A DNA stretch of 64,000 nt from an uncultured Thermoplasmatales archaeon (GCA_964481275.1 CAYZTD010000001.1:50989-114988); one strand, 5' to 3'; shown: positions 21,567-35,813, numbered from the stretch's first letter. The notes: a model not told the origin generated them from the sequence alone. A program made the numbers and translations.

Positions 21567-22300
21567 GCCTCTACAATCTCTTTTCCTTCTAAAAATACAA
21601 GGTTATTTTTTTGTGCGTACTTCTCCGCTTCTTTTTTTGATAGTGCTTTTCCGTTGTCCCCCATTATTTCACAGCCGCTTCCTGCAGGCGGTAGTCCTGC
21701 CATCTGTAACATACTTATCACTAGTTCTGTATGACCTTTTCTTTTATTTAGAAGACCTTTTGATGCAACACATATTGGTATATGCCCAGGTGATCGAAAT
21801 TCTTCTCCAAACATTTTTGTTGAAATCCCGTCTTCAGTATTTTTGATTTTTTTTGTTAAATCTGCAAATTTTTTCATTGTAAGACTGCGGTCATTATCAG
21901 TAATCCCTGTAAATGTATCTCTATGGTTTATATAAAGTGAAAATGAAGATTTTGAATCATATGGTATATCATTTGGAACAAGTTCTTTTAATACAGGATA
22001 TTTATCATTAATACATGAATACATATCAGATAGAAATGGAAGTTTAAGTTTATCAGCAATTTCTTTGGAGGTCATTAAAAATATTAATCCTCCTCCATCC
22101 TTTCTCATAGTTTGTATTGATTTTGGTGTTACAAATTCTGATGATATTACTAGATCTGTTTCTCCTTCTCTTTTATCGTCGTCGAATATTAAAATAAATT
22201 TTCCTTTCTGAAGGCCAGTTATTGCTTTTTGTATTTCTTTTATAGGTTCACCTAGTATAAGAAGGACCCCCTTTAAAATAAATTTTAGGTTACTACTCAA
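21545..22300 (-). CDS. ribB: 3,4-dihydroxy-2-butanone 4-phosphate synthase
   Basis: Matches RibB blocks: FDDDKREGETDLVISSEF, RSPGHIPICVA, GHTELVISMLQMAGLPPAGSGCEIM. Confidence 0.85.
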
Positions 22301-22526
22301 AATTTGGTTGAACTGGACTGGGTTTGTCTTTTGATACTAGATATCTAGTAATATATCCTGCAATACGATTTCTCAAAACTTTACTATTTACATCGCTGAG
22401 CTCTTGAACTTTCTTTTTATTGTGTTGAAAATCATCTTTTTTAAATTGATCAGGATGTATTTCAGTTAATTCAATTGCAATATTTTTTATGAACGTCTGT
22501 CTTATATTTCCCAGTATATCACCCAT
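22293..22526 (-). CDS. rps17e: Ribosomal protein S17e
   Basis: MGDILGNIRQTFIKNIAIEL...SKVLRNRIAGYITRY matches the conserved eS17 N-terminus. Overlaps the ribB start by 8 nt. Confidence 0.85.
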   Translation of the reverse strand: MGDILGNIRQTFIKNIAIELTEIHPDQFKKDDFQHNKKKVQELSDVNSKVLRNRIAGYITRYLVSKDKPSPVQPNFE

Positions 22527-22705
22527 ATGTTAAGAGACCGGAATATCTCTTTCTTATATATAAAAACTTTGGAAAACCTATTTTATACAAATTTGTTATT
22601 TACTCATTTCTTTGCAACATATATTAACTATTAAATTAAACATAAAGTTATTATAATACAATATATTTAACAATTAATAATAAATGATAAGGAGGCTTTA
22701 GATAA

Positions 22706-22861
22706 TGCCAGTAGAATTTGAAGAATATAATGGTAATCCTGTAGTAGTATTAAAAAGAGATGAAAACGATGCTTATCCATTTAGATTTGGACTAAGAAAA
22801 GCACAGTTAATTATCGAAAACATAGAAGAAATCAAAAAATTTGTAAAAGAAAATAAATAAG
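22706..22861 (+). CDS. Small ORF (51 aa) with strong SD, hypothetical
   Basis: taAGGAGGctttagataATG; MPVEFEEYNGNPVVVLKRDENDAYPFRFGLRKAQLIIENIEEIKKFVKENK. Not in the ORF track (too short). Confidence 0.3.
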
Positions 22862-23078
22862 ATTAAAATTAAACTACAGATTATATCCTAATCTATTACT
22901 TTTCTAATGTTAAACCTATAAATACTAGAAAATCATCTGTTTTTTTTAAATATATTCATTTGGGAGGCAGAATTAAATTTCCCCTAAAAAAGCATCATTA
23001 AAAACACTTGCAGGAAAAAAAATAGATAAAATAGAAGAATATGCTTTACATAGTGATGTTCTAAGAAAAATTGCTGCA

Positions 23079-23867
23079 ATGATCTACAGATCAGATGCTT
23101 ATAATTTTTTTAATAACAAAATAAACGAATTCAAAGACTACAAACTTTTAGAAGAAATTAAAAAACATAAAATGCCACAGCATGTAGCAGTAATAATGGA
23201 TGGAAACAGACGTTTTGCAAAGGGACTTGGTCTTTCTCCAACAGCAGGACATCACTTTGGAAGAGATAAAATAGAAGAATTACTTGAATGGTGTTTCGAA
23301 CTTAAAATTAAAAATCTTACAATTTATGCCTTTTCTACAGAAAACTTTCGAAGAGAAAATAAAGAAGTAGAATCACTTATGAATCTATGTAAAAAAGAGC
23401 TTGATAAAGCAATTAAAGATTCTAGAGTTCATAAAAATAAAGTTAAAATTAGAATTCTCGGACATCTTGATTCTTTACCAAAAAAAATTAAAAAATCAGC
23501 AACTAATATAATGAATCTCACAGAAGATTATGATAAATATTCATTTAATATTGCACTTGCTTACAGTGGAAGAGAAGAAATAATACAAGCTATCCAAAAA
23601 ATAGCAAAAGATGTAAAAAAAGATAAAATCAAAATAGATGATATAAAAGAAGAATTTTTTTCAAAATATCTTTATACTAAAGACATACCTGATCCAGATA
23701 TAGTACTTAGAACATCTGGTGAAGAAAGAATAAGTAACTTTTTATTATGGCAGCTTGCATATTCTGAACTATATTTTTCAGATGTTTATTGGCCTGCATT
23801 TCAAAAAAGAGATTTTTTAAAAGCAATTAATACATATCAAAAAAGACAGAGAAGATTTGGAAAATAA
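23079..23867 (+). CDS. uppS: Undecaprenyl/dehydrodolichyl diphosphate synthase (cis-prenyltransferase)
   Basis: HVAVIMDGNRRFAK, YAFSTENFRR, LRTSGEERISNFLLWQ. True start may be the internal Met (MPQH) at about 23172. Confidence 0.85.
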   Translation: MIYRSDAYNFFNNKINEFKDYKLLEEIKKHKMPQHVAVIMDGNRRFAKGLGLSPTAGHHFGRDKIEELLEWCFELKIKNLTIYAFSTENFRRENKEVESLMNLCKKELDKAIKDSRVHKNKVKIRILGHLDSLPKKIKKSATNIMNLTEDYDKYSFNIALAYSGREEIIQAIQKIAKDVKKDKIKIDDIKEEFFSKYLYTKDIPDPDIVLRTSGEERISNFLLWQLAYSELYFSDVYWPAFQKRDFLKAINTYQKRQRRFGK

Positions 23868-23879
23868 ATATAAAAAGAT

Positions 23880-24200
23880 TTATTCTTCTATGTTTTCCAT
23901 GTCTTTTTCTATTTCATCAGCTATCTCATTTAATTTAACAAATTGACGATATAGAAAATAAATAATTATTCCAACAGCTATAAATATAAGAGAAAAAGCA
24001 CCTATTGAGTCAACAGCAGTTCCTTTTGATACCTCATATAAATTTCTTAGAAAACCTGTGCTATTTTCATTTAAAATAAAAGAAAATATCTTTAAAAATA
24101 CAAATAAAATTAAAAGAAACAATCCTAAAGTTAAACTTAATCTATAATAAAACCCTGTTTTGAAGTCATGTTTTGTTGAAAAATATCTTTTTTTAATCAT
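23880..24200 (-). CDS. Small membrane protein (hypothetical)
   Basis: 106 aa with two hydrophobic helices. Confidence 0.3.
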   Translation of the reverse strand: MIKKRYFSTKHDFKTGFYYRLSLTLGLFLLILFVFLKIFSFILNENSTGFLRNLYEVSKGTAVDSIGAFSLIFIAVGIIIYFLYRQFVKLNEIADEIEKDMENIEE

Positions 24201-24221
24201 GTATATCTAAAATACAACTTT

Positions 24222-24587
24222 TTATGAAGATTCATCAGAACCACTTAGTGCATTTTGAACCTTGCTTTGTAGTTCGTTTAATTTTTCTTTTGTTCTTCCT
24301 TCTTGTTTTAAAAGAGTATTTTTTCTAAGATCTAATGATTCTTTATCAGATTCTAGTTCTTTTGTTATCTCTTTTTTCCCTTTTGTTTTTATAAGAATGG
24401 CACCTACACTTTTATATATAGGTGTTTTTTCATCTGTTTTTTCGAGTTCTTGTAATGCTTCTTCTGTTTCTTTTAATCTCATTTCTACTTGTTGTCTTTG
24501 TTGCATTATCATTTGTAGTTGTGTTCTCATTTGTTGTAATCTACCGATTTGATCTTGAATTTGTTTTGACATTTCTACATCAGTCAT
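24222..24587 (-). CDS. pfdB: Prefoldin beta subunit
   Basis: Coiled-coil/beta-hairpin/coiled-coil layout: QIGRLQQMRTQLQ...PIYKSVGAILIKT...LDLRKNTLLKQE. Confidence 0.8.
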   Translation of the reverse strand: MTDVEMSKQIQDQIGRLQQMRTQLQMIMQQRQQVEMRLKETEEALQELEKTDEKTPIYKSVGAILIKTKGKKEITKELESDKESLDLRKNTLLKQEGRTKEKLNELQSKVQNALSGSDESS

Positions 24588-24922
24588 TTTTATTTTTCTC
24601 CTACATTTTTGTTGGTAATAAAAGTTGTACTTATTAAAAGTATTGTCAAAAAAACCAACATGATATCCAATATATCTCTACAATAATATAAATATACAGA
24701 AAATATTAAATACAAAGATAATAAATATAATAATAGGAAAAACCAAAAATAGATAATTTATAATGAATGAAGAATAAATACATACTTGTATGGCAAAAAT
24801 AATAATATAAAAAGTACATTTAGAAATATTTAAATAATATATCTAGAATTATAAATTATTGATTTAAAAATCGATCTGGGGGAATGATACAAGCGTTCTT
24901 CTTGATTTAGAGGTGAACTTTA

Positions 24923-27889
24923 ATGAAAAAGAATGATAAAATAGTAGTAGTTTTAGGCGTTGTAATTTTAGTATTAGCTTCTATAGGAGTTTTTTATTGG
25001 GCGCCAGAATCAACCGAGCTAGTAAAGGCAGACTTAGAAGATTTTAAACATATTACCGGTTCTTTAAAAAAGATTCCAAATGCAATAACTGTTTCTGATA
25101 GTGATCCATTCTATCCACTAATTGGAACACCAATTGCCTGTCATTATAACTCTGATGGTGAGCAAATAGTAATACCATTAACTGTAAGAAATATAGAGAA
25201 TCCATCTGTTGCTGTTGAAAGAATAGAAGATCAAATAGGCTATTCTGGAGAGATTGTGATTGATGGTCATATTGATTCAAAAAATGTTTCACTAGAGATG
25301 GCAAGTAAATATTGGGATAAATCTGAAGCTGCATTGATTATAGAAAATAGTAAAGAAGGATATGAACTAGGAATTGTTGCAACACCAATTGCTTCATATT
25401 TAAGCATACCAGTTATTGTAACAGATGAAATAGATAGTCATGTTTCTGATGTTCTATCAGATCTTGATGTTACAAAAACGATTATATGCGGAGATTTTAA
25501 AGGATATGGAAAAACATTAAAATTAGAATCAGTAGAACAAATTAATGAAGTTGCTGTAGAAATACTAGAAGAAAAATTTTTACCAGCAGATCCAGACTTT
25601 GAAGTCGGTTATATAACAATTGCAAATCCTTTAGATGCATTTAGACCTAAGGTTCTTGATTCTGTTGAATATTATTTGCCTGAAAAAACAATTAAATCAA
25701 TATCGTTTTCTCAAATCCCAAATACTATAAGTGCTATTCTATCAGGTGCAGGTTCTGCAAGTTGGGAATTTGAAATTCCAAAAGGATACAAATATGCTCT
25801 AGTGGAGTTTGAAGGTTACAACCATGATGCAGAATATGCAGAGTCTATGGGAGATAGCGCTTCATTTGATATTGGTCCAAATCTTGAGGATATTCCTTCA
25901 GGATTACAAAATTTTGAAATTTTAGCTGCAGGTAGTACTGGTACTTGTGGTACACCAATTCGGGATAAAAGTGGTCAAATAATAAAAGATAAGGTCACTT
26001 CTGAAAACGTTGTTTATGGAAGAGATGGAGTAACATATACAGTCAGCGGCACTGGCTCTTGGCTTACTAAAAAAGAAGGAACAATATCAGGTTACGTGAA
26101 AGTTTCAAAACTTGAACATTCTAAATATGAATTTATGAGGGGGCTTTCAAGTATAGCACCTTATCTTACAGCTTATCGTAAAGGTATTGTGTTTGCAAAA
26201 CCAGATTTTGCTTTTGCAGCAGATGATGATATACTTTGCAATGGAGAACCATGTTACGGTCATTTTATGCCTAGAAGAAACCCAAAACTTGTTGAACCAT
26301 CAAACAGACATATACAGCATAACATAATTGATCCATTAAACGAACTTCTTGCTGATATTGCTGGTATGGATGATTTAGATATTAAAAACGATAGAGATCT
26401 TAGAATGTTATATGAATATTACAGTGATAATCCAGTATATATTGCAATTGTTGGCGGAGCTACTGTAGTTCCTAACTTTATTTATCAAAATCATGTAGAG
26501 CCATATGGAGATATAGATGGTGATGGTATAGATGATACTGCTTATTATGTTGGTGGAGGAACACCATCAGATGTAATTTATGGTAATATCGATCCTGTAC
26601 GTTATGCTAATGATAACAAAGCACAAGATCAGTTTAGTGAATATCCACAAATGGAAAATATTGTCGGAAGAATCACCGGCTGGGATGTTCAAGATGCGAG
26701 TGCTCTTGTTGCTCGTACAATATTTTATGAAAAAATTCTTGAAAAATATCAGGCATGGAAAGATAAATTTGCAATACTTGTAGGTGCAGGACAAGATTTT
26801 AGAAAACCATTGCTTAGATATTTGATATTTGGTGATTTACTTGGAATGATTAAACGTGGAGAACCGATGAAACTTCATACAGGATATGCTGAGATGGTGG
26901 GTTTAAGATTAAGAGATGAAGTGGCAGAGCCACTTGGATTCGAACCAGAATTAGTGTTTTTCTCAGAGGCTATGATGAAAGGATTTAGTGAAGATGTACT
27001 TGACGAAATAAAACAATCAAATCTTTTAAACAAATTATTCTTTAATAAAAACCAAGTAAGAAATCTTGCTGGTGAAAATGTTGTGAAAGGCGGCGATATA
27101 ATAAAAGAATCTAATTTTCTTTTCCTAAACGGACATGGAAATCAACATTTCTTTGGTATGTCTGGAAATGATCTAGTGGCTGCAGGATTAGGTGGTCCTG
27201 TTATGCATTGGTTCTTAAAACAAACTCTTGTACCTATAATGGGGGGATTTATTGGTCCTGGTGGAGATCTTGGAAAAGTAGGTGATTATACTGTAAGAAG
27301 TATTTCAGATGTTGAACTTGGACCTTCATTTATGTTTCTTGAATCTTGTATCACTGGTAAAATTGATGGTATTGATCCAAGGATTAATATTGGTCAAGCA
27401 TTCTTGCATGCTGGTATAAATAGTCTTATAGCCTCTCCAACTGGTACAAATATAGGTGGAGGTTACTTAGAGCCAAAGAACAGAATGTATGATGTCCCTG
27501 GTGAATCTTACCTTAAATATCTAAAAAATAAATATACCGATTGGAAGAATGAAGAATATGATGATCCACACTTTGGATTATTGTTATATGATGATCTGTG
27601 CTATGATTTACAAGAAAACGATGTAAGTGTTGGTCTTGCTTTCAGAAATGCTAAAAATAAATATTTAGAGCAAGATGCTGACTGGGAGTTACTATGGGCA
27701 CCACCACTTCCTAAACCAACAAGCACAGCTCATATGATAGAGATGTCAAACGACGATAGTTATGATATGCTTCGTGAGACCTCAAGTAAAGATCCATATA
27801 TGCTGGAAGCAAAATATATAACCTATCAAGAATACATCCTATTTGGGGATCCAGCTTTCAATCCTTATGAACCAATAAATGAAGGATAG
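24923..27889 (+). CDS. Secreted C25-like (gingipain/clostripain-fold) cysteine peptidase, large
   Basis: N-terminal signal anchor. LNGHGNQHFFG (His) and FLESCITGKIDG (Cys) arrangement. Canonical GAGGTGA SD. Confidence 0.5.
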   Translation: MKKNDKIVVVLGVVILVLASIGVFYWAPESTELVKADLEDFKHITGSLKKIPNAITVSDSDPFYPLIGTPIACHYNSDGEQIVIPLTVRNIENPSVAVERIEDQIGYSGEIVIDGHIDSKNVSLEMASKYWDKSEAALIIENSKEGYELGIVATPIASYLSIPVIVTDEIDSHVSDVLSDLDVTKTIICGDFKGYGKTLKLESVEQINEVAVEILEEKFLPADPDFEVGYITIANPLDAFRPKVLDSVEYYLPEKTIKSISFSQIPNTISAILSGAGSASWEFEIPKGYKYALVEFEGYNHDAEYAESMGDSASFDIGPNLEDIPSGLQNFEILAAGSTGTCGTPIRDKSGQIIKDKVTSENVVYGRDGVTYTVSGTGSWLTKKEGTISGYVKVSKLEHSKYEFMRGLSSIAPYLTAYRKGIVFAKPDFAFAADDDILCNGEPCYGHFMPRRNPKLVEPSNRHIQHNIIDPLNELLADIAGMDDLDIKNDRDLRMLYEYYSDNPVYIAIVGGATVVPNFIYQNHVEPYGDIDGDGIDDTAYYVGGGTPSDVIYGNIDPVRYANDNKAQDQFSEYPQMENIVGRITGWDVQDASALVARTIFYEKILEKYQAWKDKFAILVGAGQDFRKPLLRYLIFGDLLGMIKRGEPMKLHTGYAEMVGLRLRDEVAEPLGFEPELVFFSEAMMKGFSEDVLDEIKQSNLLNKLFFNKNQVRNLAGENVVKGGDIIKESNFLFLNGHGNQHFFGMSGNDLVAAGLGGPVMHWFLKQTLVPIMGGFIGPGGDLGKVGDYTVRSISDVELGPSFMFLESCITGKIDGIDPRINIGQAFLHAGINSLIASPTGTNIGGGYLEPKNRMYDVPGESYLKYLKNKYTDWKNEEYDDPHFGLLLYDDLCYDLQENDVSVGLAFRNAKNKYLEQDADWELLWAPPLPKPTSTAHMIEMSNDDSYDMLRETSSKDPYMLEAKYITYQEYILFGDPAFNPYEPINEG

Positions 27890-28022
27890 ATAAATACTAT
27901 CTTTTATTTTTCTTTAACATTTATTGCTAGAATATATATTGTAACTCGTCTGGTATTTATTCTAAATAAAATAAGCTAATCATCTTTTTATATATGAATC
28001 TGAATCCACCTTTGGTGAGTCT

Positions 28023-28454
28023 ATGAAGTACGTTATCTTTTATTGGTCCAGATATGGCCATAATAAAAATATTGCAACTACTCTTTCGGAAAAACTTAGT
28101 AAGAAAGGAAAAGATACAAAAGTTTTCAATGTAGAAAAAGCAGATCCAACAAATGTACCCGGGGCTGATTTATATATATTTTCTGCGGCTGCTGAGGCAT
28201 TTAGAGTGCAGAAACATATGAGAAAATTTATGAAGAATCTTGAAGGGCTAGAAGCAAAAAAATTTGCCATTATTAATACCCATGGTATGAAAAGTAAAAA
28301 CTGGTTAAAAAGTATGGAAAAAATACTTGCCAAGAAAAACATGGTAAAAGTTGCTGAGATAAACTTTCAAATTAGTAGCAAAGGTCAAAAAGAAGGTTTG
28401 GGTTTCATGGAAGGTTGGGAAGAAAAACTTGAAGAATTTGCCGGTAAGTTATAA
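28023..28454 (+). CDS. Flavodoxin-like protein
   Basis: MKYVIFYWSRYGHNKNIATTLSEKL is a flavodoxin-type N-terminus; 143 aa. Confidence 0.5.
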   Translation: MKYVIFYWSRYGHNKNIATTLSEKLSKKGKDTKVFNVEKADPTNVPGADLYIFSAAAEAFRVQKHMRKFMKNLEGLEAKKFAIINTHGMKSKNWLKSMEKILAKKNMVKVAEINFQISSKGQKEGLGFMEGWEEKLEEFAGKL

Positions 28455-28518
28455 GATTATACTATAACCTAGCTAATACTTTTTACTTAAAAAATAAAAA
28501 AAGTTAGATAGATGGTTT

Positions 28519-31032
28519 TTAGTTATAACCACCAATCTGAAGACTTGGATCTCCAAGTAGCGTCCATTGCTGCACGGTTTTTGCATGTCCTGCTTCAAAA
28601 TCTGTCATGTCATGTGTTTGTATATATGTAGTAATTGCTTGTGAATGAACCTTTCCTAGTATGGTTTGTCCCTCTTCTCCATATTGTCTAAAAAATTCGA
28701 TTGTTATCCATCCATCTCCACCGCCTGTTGTAAGTTCTTTACCTGGCATACCATATCCAAAGCCTGTGTTACCAATTGATGCAATAGAGCCACCATTTGG
28801 ATTTCTGACGAGCCTCCAGTTAAAGCATTGTGGTACAGGAACACCATGCGTCCACATAGTTATTTTTGGCAGAAATCTGAAATAATTAGGCAACATGTCA
28901 TATATTGCAGGTAGTATTGAAACATTAAACTGGCTATTATGGCATCCTCCAATAACTGCTACTGGTAGTTTTTCAGCGTTTGAAAGCGTATCTATAGGCA
29001 TCGCAGGAAATGAAACAAACGGTGGCCATGGTTTAATATTTGTTACAAATAAACCACTAAGACTTCCATGTTGTCTATTTCCAGGAACACCTGGATAGTG
29101 ATCACCCCAGCTATTGGCTGAGCCATGACCCGACATGAAAACAAAGCCACTACCTTTATTCCATGAATTTATGACATCTTGAACTCCTGTGAAAGTTCCT
29201 TTTGAAGACCAAATTATTTCTCTTTCAAATGTCTCAGGCATATAATAAAGCGCTCCTCCTCGTCCTTTTAAAACCTTTTCACCTGTTGTCCATTCTCCTT
29301 CATAGTACATTTCCATGTCATATCTCCACTCAGAAAATACAACCTCTCCATTTTTGTCTTTAATCCAAACATGTAAATCCGTTAAATTTCCATAAGGCTT
29401 AGGATCATATGATTTACCACGAATAGTTAAAACACCATTTTCATAACTCATATTTGCCCAAGGTAAAAAGTAGTTACAATATGCTTCATTATCACTTGGA
29501 GTATATGTAAAATCATCATAACCTAAGATGTCACCTGGTGAAATCGTTACAATTTCTGCGATAGGTGGTGCAGGATAACCATCAGCTAAAGTAGGATTTA
29601 GATGATCATTATGTTTGAAAGTCAAAGATGTTTTTTTTGATCTATCAATTCTTAATTGAACAGTATCTACAAAACTTCCTTCACTATCTTTATTATAACT
29701 TTGGGCATAAATTGTATAATAACCGTTTTTAAGACCTGTTGTATCCCATTTTATATCCCAATCTTCTTGATCTAAAAATCCATCTCCTGAGACAACAGTT
29801 ACTTTGTTGAACCAATCAGAATCACCTGCATTAGTTGTTTCATACGTAATGATTTTATCAACCACTGTTTTTACCTCTCTAATGCTTCTACAGGCAAGTC
29901 TACCAACGGAGACATCGGGAACAAAATCTATATCATCGTCATCTTCAACTCCTTCTATTCCCCAGGCAGCAAAAATATCATCACCATTTGGGTCCCAGCA
30001 TGAAAAATCACCTTCGCCATCATATATATCTGCATAATAAAGATCGCTTATTGCTCCTGGATCAAAAATATTTGCGTAAGGATTTTCATCAAGTGGAAAT
30101 TTTGGTTTATCGTAAAGATTAGCATATCTAACAGGTAAATACCATCCTTTAGAACCCTGATTTGCGTCATCTCTGGGTCTTGCAAAAATCTGATTTTTAA
30201 GACCTCCTACTAAAAGAACATAAGTGATATTATATGTTTCAATTGCATCTTTTATAAAGTATTTTATCTGCTCGGGTTTATCAACGCCGTCATATTCATT
30301 ATATATCTCTTCACTTGTTTTAATAAAAGTATTTATTCCAATATCATTTTTATGTTGTTCTAGCCTTTCTAGATGTTTTTTAAATACATTTGGAGCTATA
30401 ATTACTAGATCTTTTTCACTTGTACCTGTTGAAGAATCTCCTCTTTTTTCATATGTAACTTTTATATCGCTTTTTTGAAAAACATCAATAAGTCCTGTAC
30501 TTGGTATGTATCTTACAGGATAAATGTCAATTATTGCAAAAGTTACTCTCTTGTTTTCTTTGTTCAAACCAGATCTGACATCATAATTATAGTATTCAGA
30601 GGGATAAGGATTATTGCTTTCATATGTTTTATAATCTTTTACTTCTGTATTTGTTTTGCTGTTTTCTTTTTTTATTGTAACCATAGGTAACATCTGCGGG
30701 CATGGTTTTATTTCTTCTGTGATTTCTTGTTTGACGGACTCTTTCATATCAATTTCTACTTCTACATTTTTTGCACCAAATGGAAGCTCTATAATTTTTA
30801 CTATTTTAGGTAGAATTGGCTTACCTGGTTGCATAAGGTAGGTTGAGACATCCTCTAAGCTTAGTTCTAAATAATTTGCATCTGTTTTTGTTATTGATAG
30901 TTGTGGAAAAGAAATTGATGTTAAGTTTGTTTTTAATTCAATTTCGTTTTTTTCTTTATGATTTGTTGCTATTACAGAAAAACTGCCTATTAACAAAAAT
31001 ACTACTAAAATAATTGCTATTGTTTTTTTCAT
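28519..31032 (-). CDS. Secreted C25-like cysteine peptidase
   Basis: VFMSGHGSANSWGD (compare gingipain GHGSETAWG) and LPVAVIGGCHNSQF (Cys). Signal peptide. GGGGGAC SD. Confidence 0.55.
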   Translation of the reverse strand: MKKTIAIILVVFLLIGSFSVIATNHKEKNEIELKTNLTSISFPQLSITKTDANYLELSLEDVSTYLMQPGKPILPKIVKIIELPFGAKNVEVEIDMKESVKQEITEEIKPCPQMLPMVTIKKENSKTNTEVKDYKTYESNNPYPSEYYNYDVRSGLNKENKRVTFAIIDIYPVRYIPSTGLIDVFQKSDIKVTYEKRGDSSTGTSEKDLVIIAPNVFKKHLERLEQHKNDIGINTFIKTSEEIYNEYDGVDKPEQIKYFIKDAIETYNITYVLLVGGLKNQIFARPRDDANQGSKGWYLPVRYANLYDKPKFPLDENPYANIFDPGAISDLYYADIYDGEGDFSCWDPNGDDIFAAWGIEGVEDDDDIDFVPDVSVGRLACRSIREVKTVVDKIITYETTNAGDSDWFNKVTVVSGDGFLDQEDWDIKWDTTGLKNGYYTIYAQSYNKDSEGSFVDTVQLRIDRSKKTSLTFKHNDHLNPTLADGYPAPPIAEIVTISPGDILGYDDFTYTPSDNEAYCNYFLPWANMSYENGVLTIRGKSYDPKPYGNLTDLHVWIKDKNGEVVFSEWRYDMEMYYEGEWTTGEKVLKGRGGALYYMPETFEREIIWSSKGTFTGVQDVINSWNKGSGFVFMSGHGSANSWGDHYPGVPGNRQHGSLSGLFVTNIKPWPPFVSFPAMPIDTLSNAEKLPVAVIGGCHNSQFNVSILPAIYDMLPNYFRFLPKITMWTHGVPVPQCFNWRLVRNPNGGSIASIGNTGFGYGMPGKELTTGGGDGWITIEFFRQYGEEGQTILGKVHSQAITTYIQTHDMTDFEAGHAKTVQQWTLLGDPSLQIGGYN

Positions 31033-31181
31033 CTTTTATTGTCCCCCTAAATTATATTTCTATATGTTAAAAAAGCCTTTCAAATATAAATGTTTTTATT
31101 AATCTATAATTATTATTAAAAGCATTTGTTATTATAATAACAAAAATCGCGTTTTATGTTACTATAATAACATTTTCAAAT

Positions 31182-33665
31182 CTAATCATTTTGCTCTTCT
31201 TGTTCCTCAGAGCATTCTTCTTCGTCTTCACCTTCTTGCTCGATTACTTTTGCAACACTTACAACTTTGTCTTCTTCGTTTAACCTCATAATTCTTACAC
31301 CCATAGTGTTTCTACCTTGTATACGAATGCTTTCGACAGGAATTCTTACAACCATTCCCATTTTACTAGTAAGCATTATTTCATCATTATCAGTTAATTC
31401 TCTTACATATATCACTTTACCATTTCTTTCATTTGTAATAATTGTTTTAACACCTTTACTGCCACGATGTGTCTTACGATACTCAGAAATTGGAGATCTT
31501 TTACCATATCCATTTTCAGTTAAAGTTAAAAGATTTCCCTCTTCATGCTCAACAATAGCCATTGAAACAACTTTGTCACCTTTATTAAGTCTCATGCCTA
31601 TTACACCACGGGTTACTCTTCCCATAGAACGTACTTCTTTTTCATCAAATTTACATGCTTGACCATCTGCTGAGGCAAGAAGAATAGTTTGATTTCCATC
31701 TGAAAGTCTTGTTGCAATAAGTTCATCGTCTTCATCGAGGCGTATTGCTCGTACTCCATTGACTCTAATATTGCTATAAGCAGAGAGAACTGTTTTTTTA
31801 ACTAGGCCGTTTTTAGTTGAGAAAACTAGGTTGTGTTCATCATCAAACTCATGGATTGGGATTGTAGTTTCAACGTATTCACCTTCTTCAAGCCTTGGAA
31901 GCAAGTTAACAATTGCTTTTCCTTTCGAGTGTCTTCCGCCTTCAGGAATCTTGTATCCTTTGAGCCAGAAGCATTTACCATGGTTTGTAAAAAACATGAT
32001 ATAATCATGAGTAGATGTAATAAATGAATCAACAATTACATCCTCTTCTTTTGTTTTCATACCAACTAGGCCTTTTCCACCGCGGTGCTGAGTTCTATAT
32101 GTTTCACATGGAATTCTTTTGATATAACCGCTGTCAGTAATAGTTATTATAACCTCATCTTCGGGGATAAGATCCTCCATTTCAACTGTTATTTCTCCTT
32201 CAACAATTTTTGTTCTTCTCTCATCACCAAATTTTTCTTTGATTTCAATAAGTTCTTTTTTAATTTCATCAAGTATATGTTGCCTATCAGATAAAAGCCA
32301 CTCAAGTTCTTCAATTAGTTTTTTTGTTTCATTGTAATCTTTTTCAACTTTTTCTATTTCCATACCTGTAAGTTTTTGAAGTCTTAAATCAAGTATTGCT
32401 TTCACCTGAATCTCTGTGAAATCAAATCTTTGCATAAGGCTTTCTTTTGCTTCATCAACAGTTTTACTTGCACGGATTATCTTTATTACTTCATCGATGT
32501 TTTTAAGTGCAAGCATAAAACCTTCAAGAATATGCATTTTTTCCTGTGCTTTTTTAAGATCATAATTTGTTCTTCTTGTGATTATAAGAACTCGATATTC
32601 AACAAAATTAGTAATCAGCTCTTTTAGATGTAATGTTCTTGGTTCTCCATCTACAATAGCTAGATTATTTACACCAAAAGTAGTCTGCATATCAGTATGC
32701 TTGAAAAGCTGGGATAAAACAACATCTTCTATTGCATCTCGCTTGAGATCAATTACTACTCTCATACCTGATCTGTCTGATTCATCCCGAAGATCACTGA
32801 TTCCTTCTATTTTTTTATTTTTAACAAGGCTTGCAATAGTTTGCAGAAGCTTTGATTTATTTACCTGATAGGGAAGTTCTGTGATAATTATCTTTTTTTT
32901 GTTTTCTTTTTCTTCAATATGTGTTTTTGCACGAACTCTAAGAAGACCTCTACCTTCAGAATATGCCTGCAGGATACCTCCTTTACCGTATATAATTCCA
33001 CCAGTTGGAAAATCTGGACCCTTTATTGTTTCCATAAGTTCAACTGTATCAATTTCAGGATTGTCAATAACTTGTATTGTTCCATCAATCACCTCGGTTA
33101 GATTATGTGGGGCCATATTTGTTGCCATCCCAACTGCGATACCTGATGAACCATTTATCAAAAGATTTGGAAGAACAGAAGGAAGCATAACAGGTTCTTT
33201 GAGGCTTCCATCAAAATTATCAGCCCAATCAACAGTATCTTTTGAAATGTCTTGAAGCATCAGATCAGAAATCTTTGCAAGTCTACTTTCAGTATATCTC
33301 ATAGCTGCTGCAGAATCCCCGTCGATACTTCCAAAATTACCTTGACCGTCAACTAAAGGATAACGAAGTGAGAAATCCTGGGCCATACGTACCATAGAGT
33401 CATATACAGCTTGATCACCATGTGGATGATATTTACCAAGTGTCTCACCTACCACACGTGCAGATTTTTTATGAGATTTATTATATGTAAGGCCCATATC
33501 ATTCATAGCATACAAAATACGTCTATGAACAGGTTTTAAACCATCTCTAACATCAGGTAGTGCACGGCTCATAATAACACTCATAGAATAATCCATGAAT
33601 GCACGTTTCATTTCAGATTCAAGAGTTCTTGTTTGCTCTTCTTTTGGAAGGTCCTCATCTGTCAT
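31182..33665 (-). CDS. gyrA: DNA gyrase subunit A
   Basis: Active-site Tyr context AAAMRYTE, GyrA box and C-terminal beta-pinwheel repeats, acidic tail. Confidence 0.95.
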   Translation of the reverse strand: MTDEDLPKEEQTRTLESEMKRAFMDYSMSVIMSRALPDVRDGLKPVHRRILYAMNDMGLTYNKSHKKSARVVGETLGKYHPHGDQAVYDSMVRMAQDFSLRYPLVDGQGNFGSIDGDSAAAMRYTESRLAKISDLMLQDISKDTVDWADNFDGSLKEPVMLPSVLPNLLINGSSGIAVGMATNMAPHNLTEVIDGTIQVIDNPEIDTVELMETIKGPDFPTGGIIYGKGGILQAYSEGRGLLRVRAKTHIEEKENKKKIIITELPYQVNKSKLLQTIASLVKNKKIEGISDLRDESDRSGMRVVIDLKRDAIEDVVLSQLFKHTDMQTTFGVNNLAIVDGEPRTLHLKELITNFVEYRVLIITRRTNYDLKKAQEKMHILEGFMLALKNIDEVIKIIRASKTVDEAKESLMQRFDFTEIQVKAILDLRLQKLTGMEIEKVEKDYNETKKLIEELEWLLSDRQHILDEIKKELIEIKEKFGDERRTKIVEGEITVEMEDLIPEDEVIITITDSGYIKRIPCETYRTQHRGGKGLVGMKTKEEDVIVDSFITSTHDYIMFFTNHGKCFWLKGYKIPEGGRHSKGKAIVNLLPRLEEGEYVETTIPIHEFDDEHNLVFSTKNGLVKKTVLSAYSNIRVNGVRAIRLDEDDELIATRLSDGNQTILLASADGQACKFDEKEVRSMGRVTRGVIGMRLNKGDKVVSMAIVEHEEGNLLTLTENGYGKRSPISEYRKTHRGSKGVKTIITNERNGKVIYVRELTDNDEIMLTSKMGMVVRIPVESIRIQGRNTMGVRIMRLNEEDKVVSVAKVIEQEGEDEEECSEEQEEQND

Positions 33666-33674
33666 AAAATCACC

Positions 33675-35597
<1,923 letters not shown>

Positions 35598-35813
35598 TCA
35601 CTTTTTTTGATTAGTATTTACACTAAATGTGATAGTTTTTCAAAGTTACTTTTTCATCCCATCTCAAGGGTTATTTTTCAACTATTTTCATATGGAGTAG
35701 AGACTAATAAATGTTGCTATTAAAGTATAAGAGTTTAAGGTTTTTTTATTTTTTAAAAAAGTGTTAAAAACTATTTAGTGTATTACCTAAAAATGTAATG
35801 ATGGTGAGTTAGG

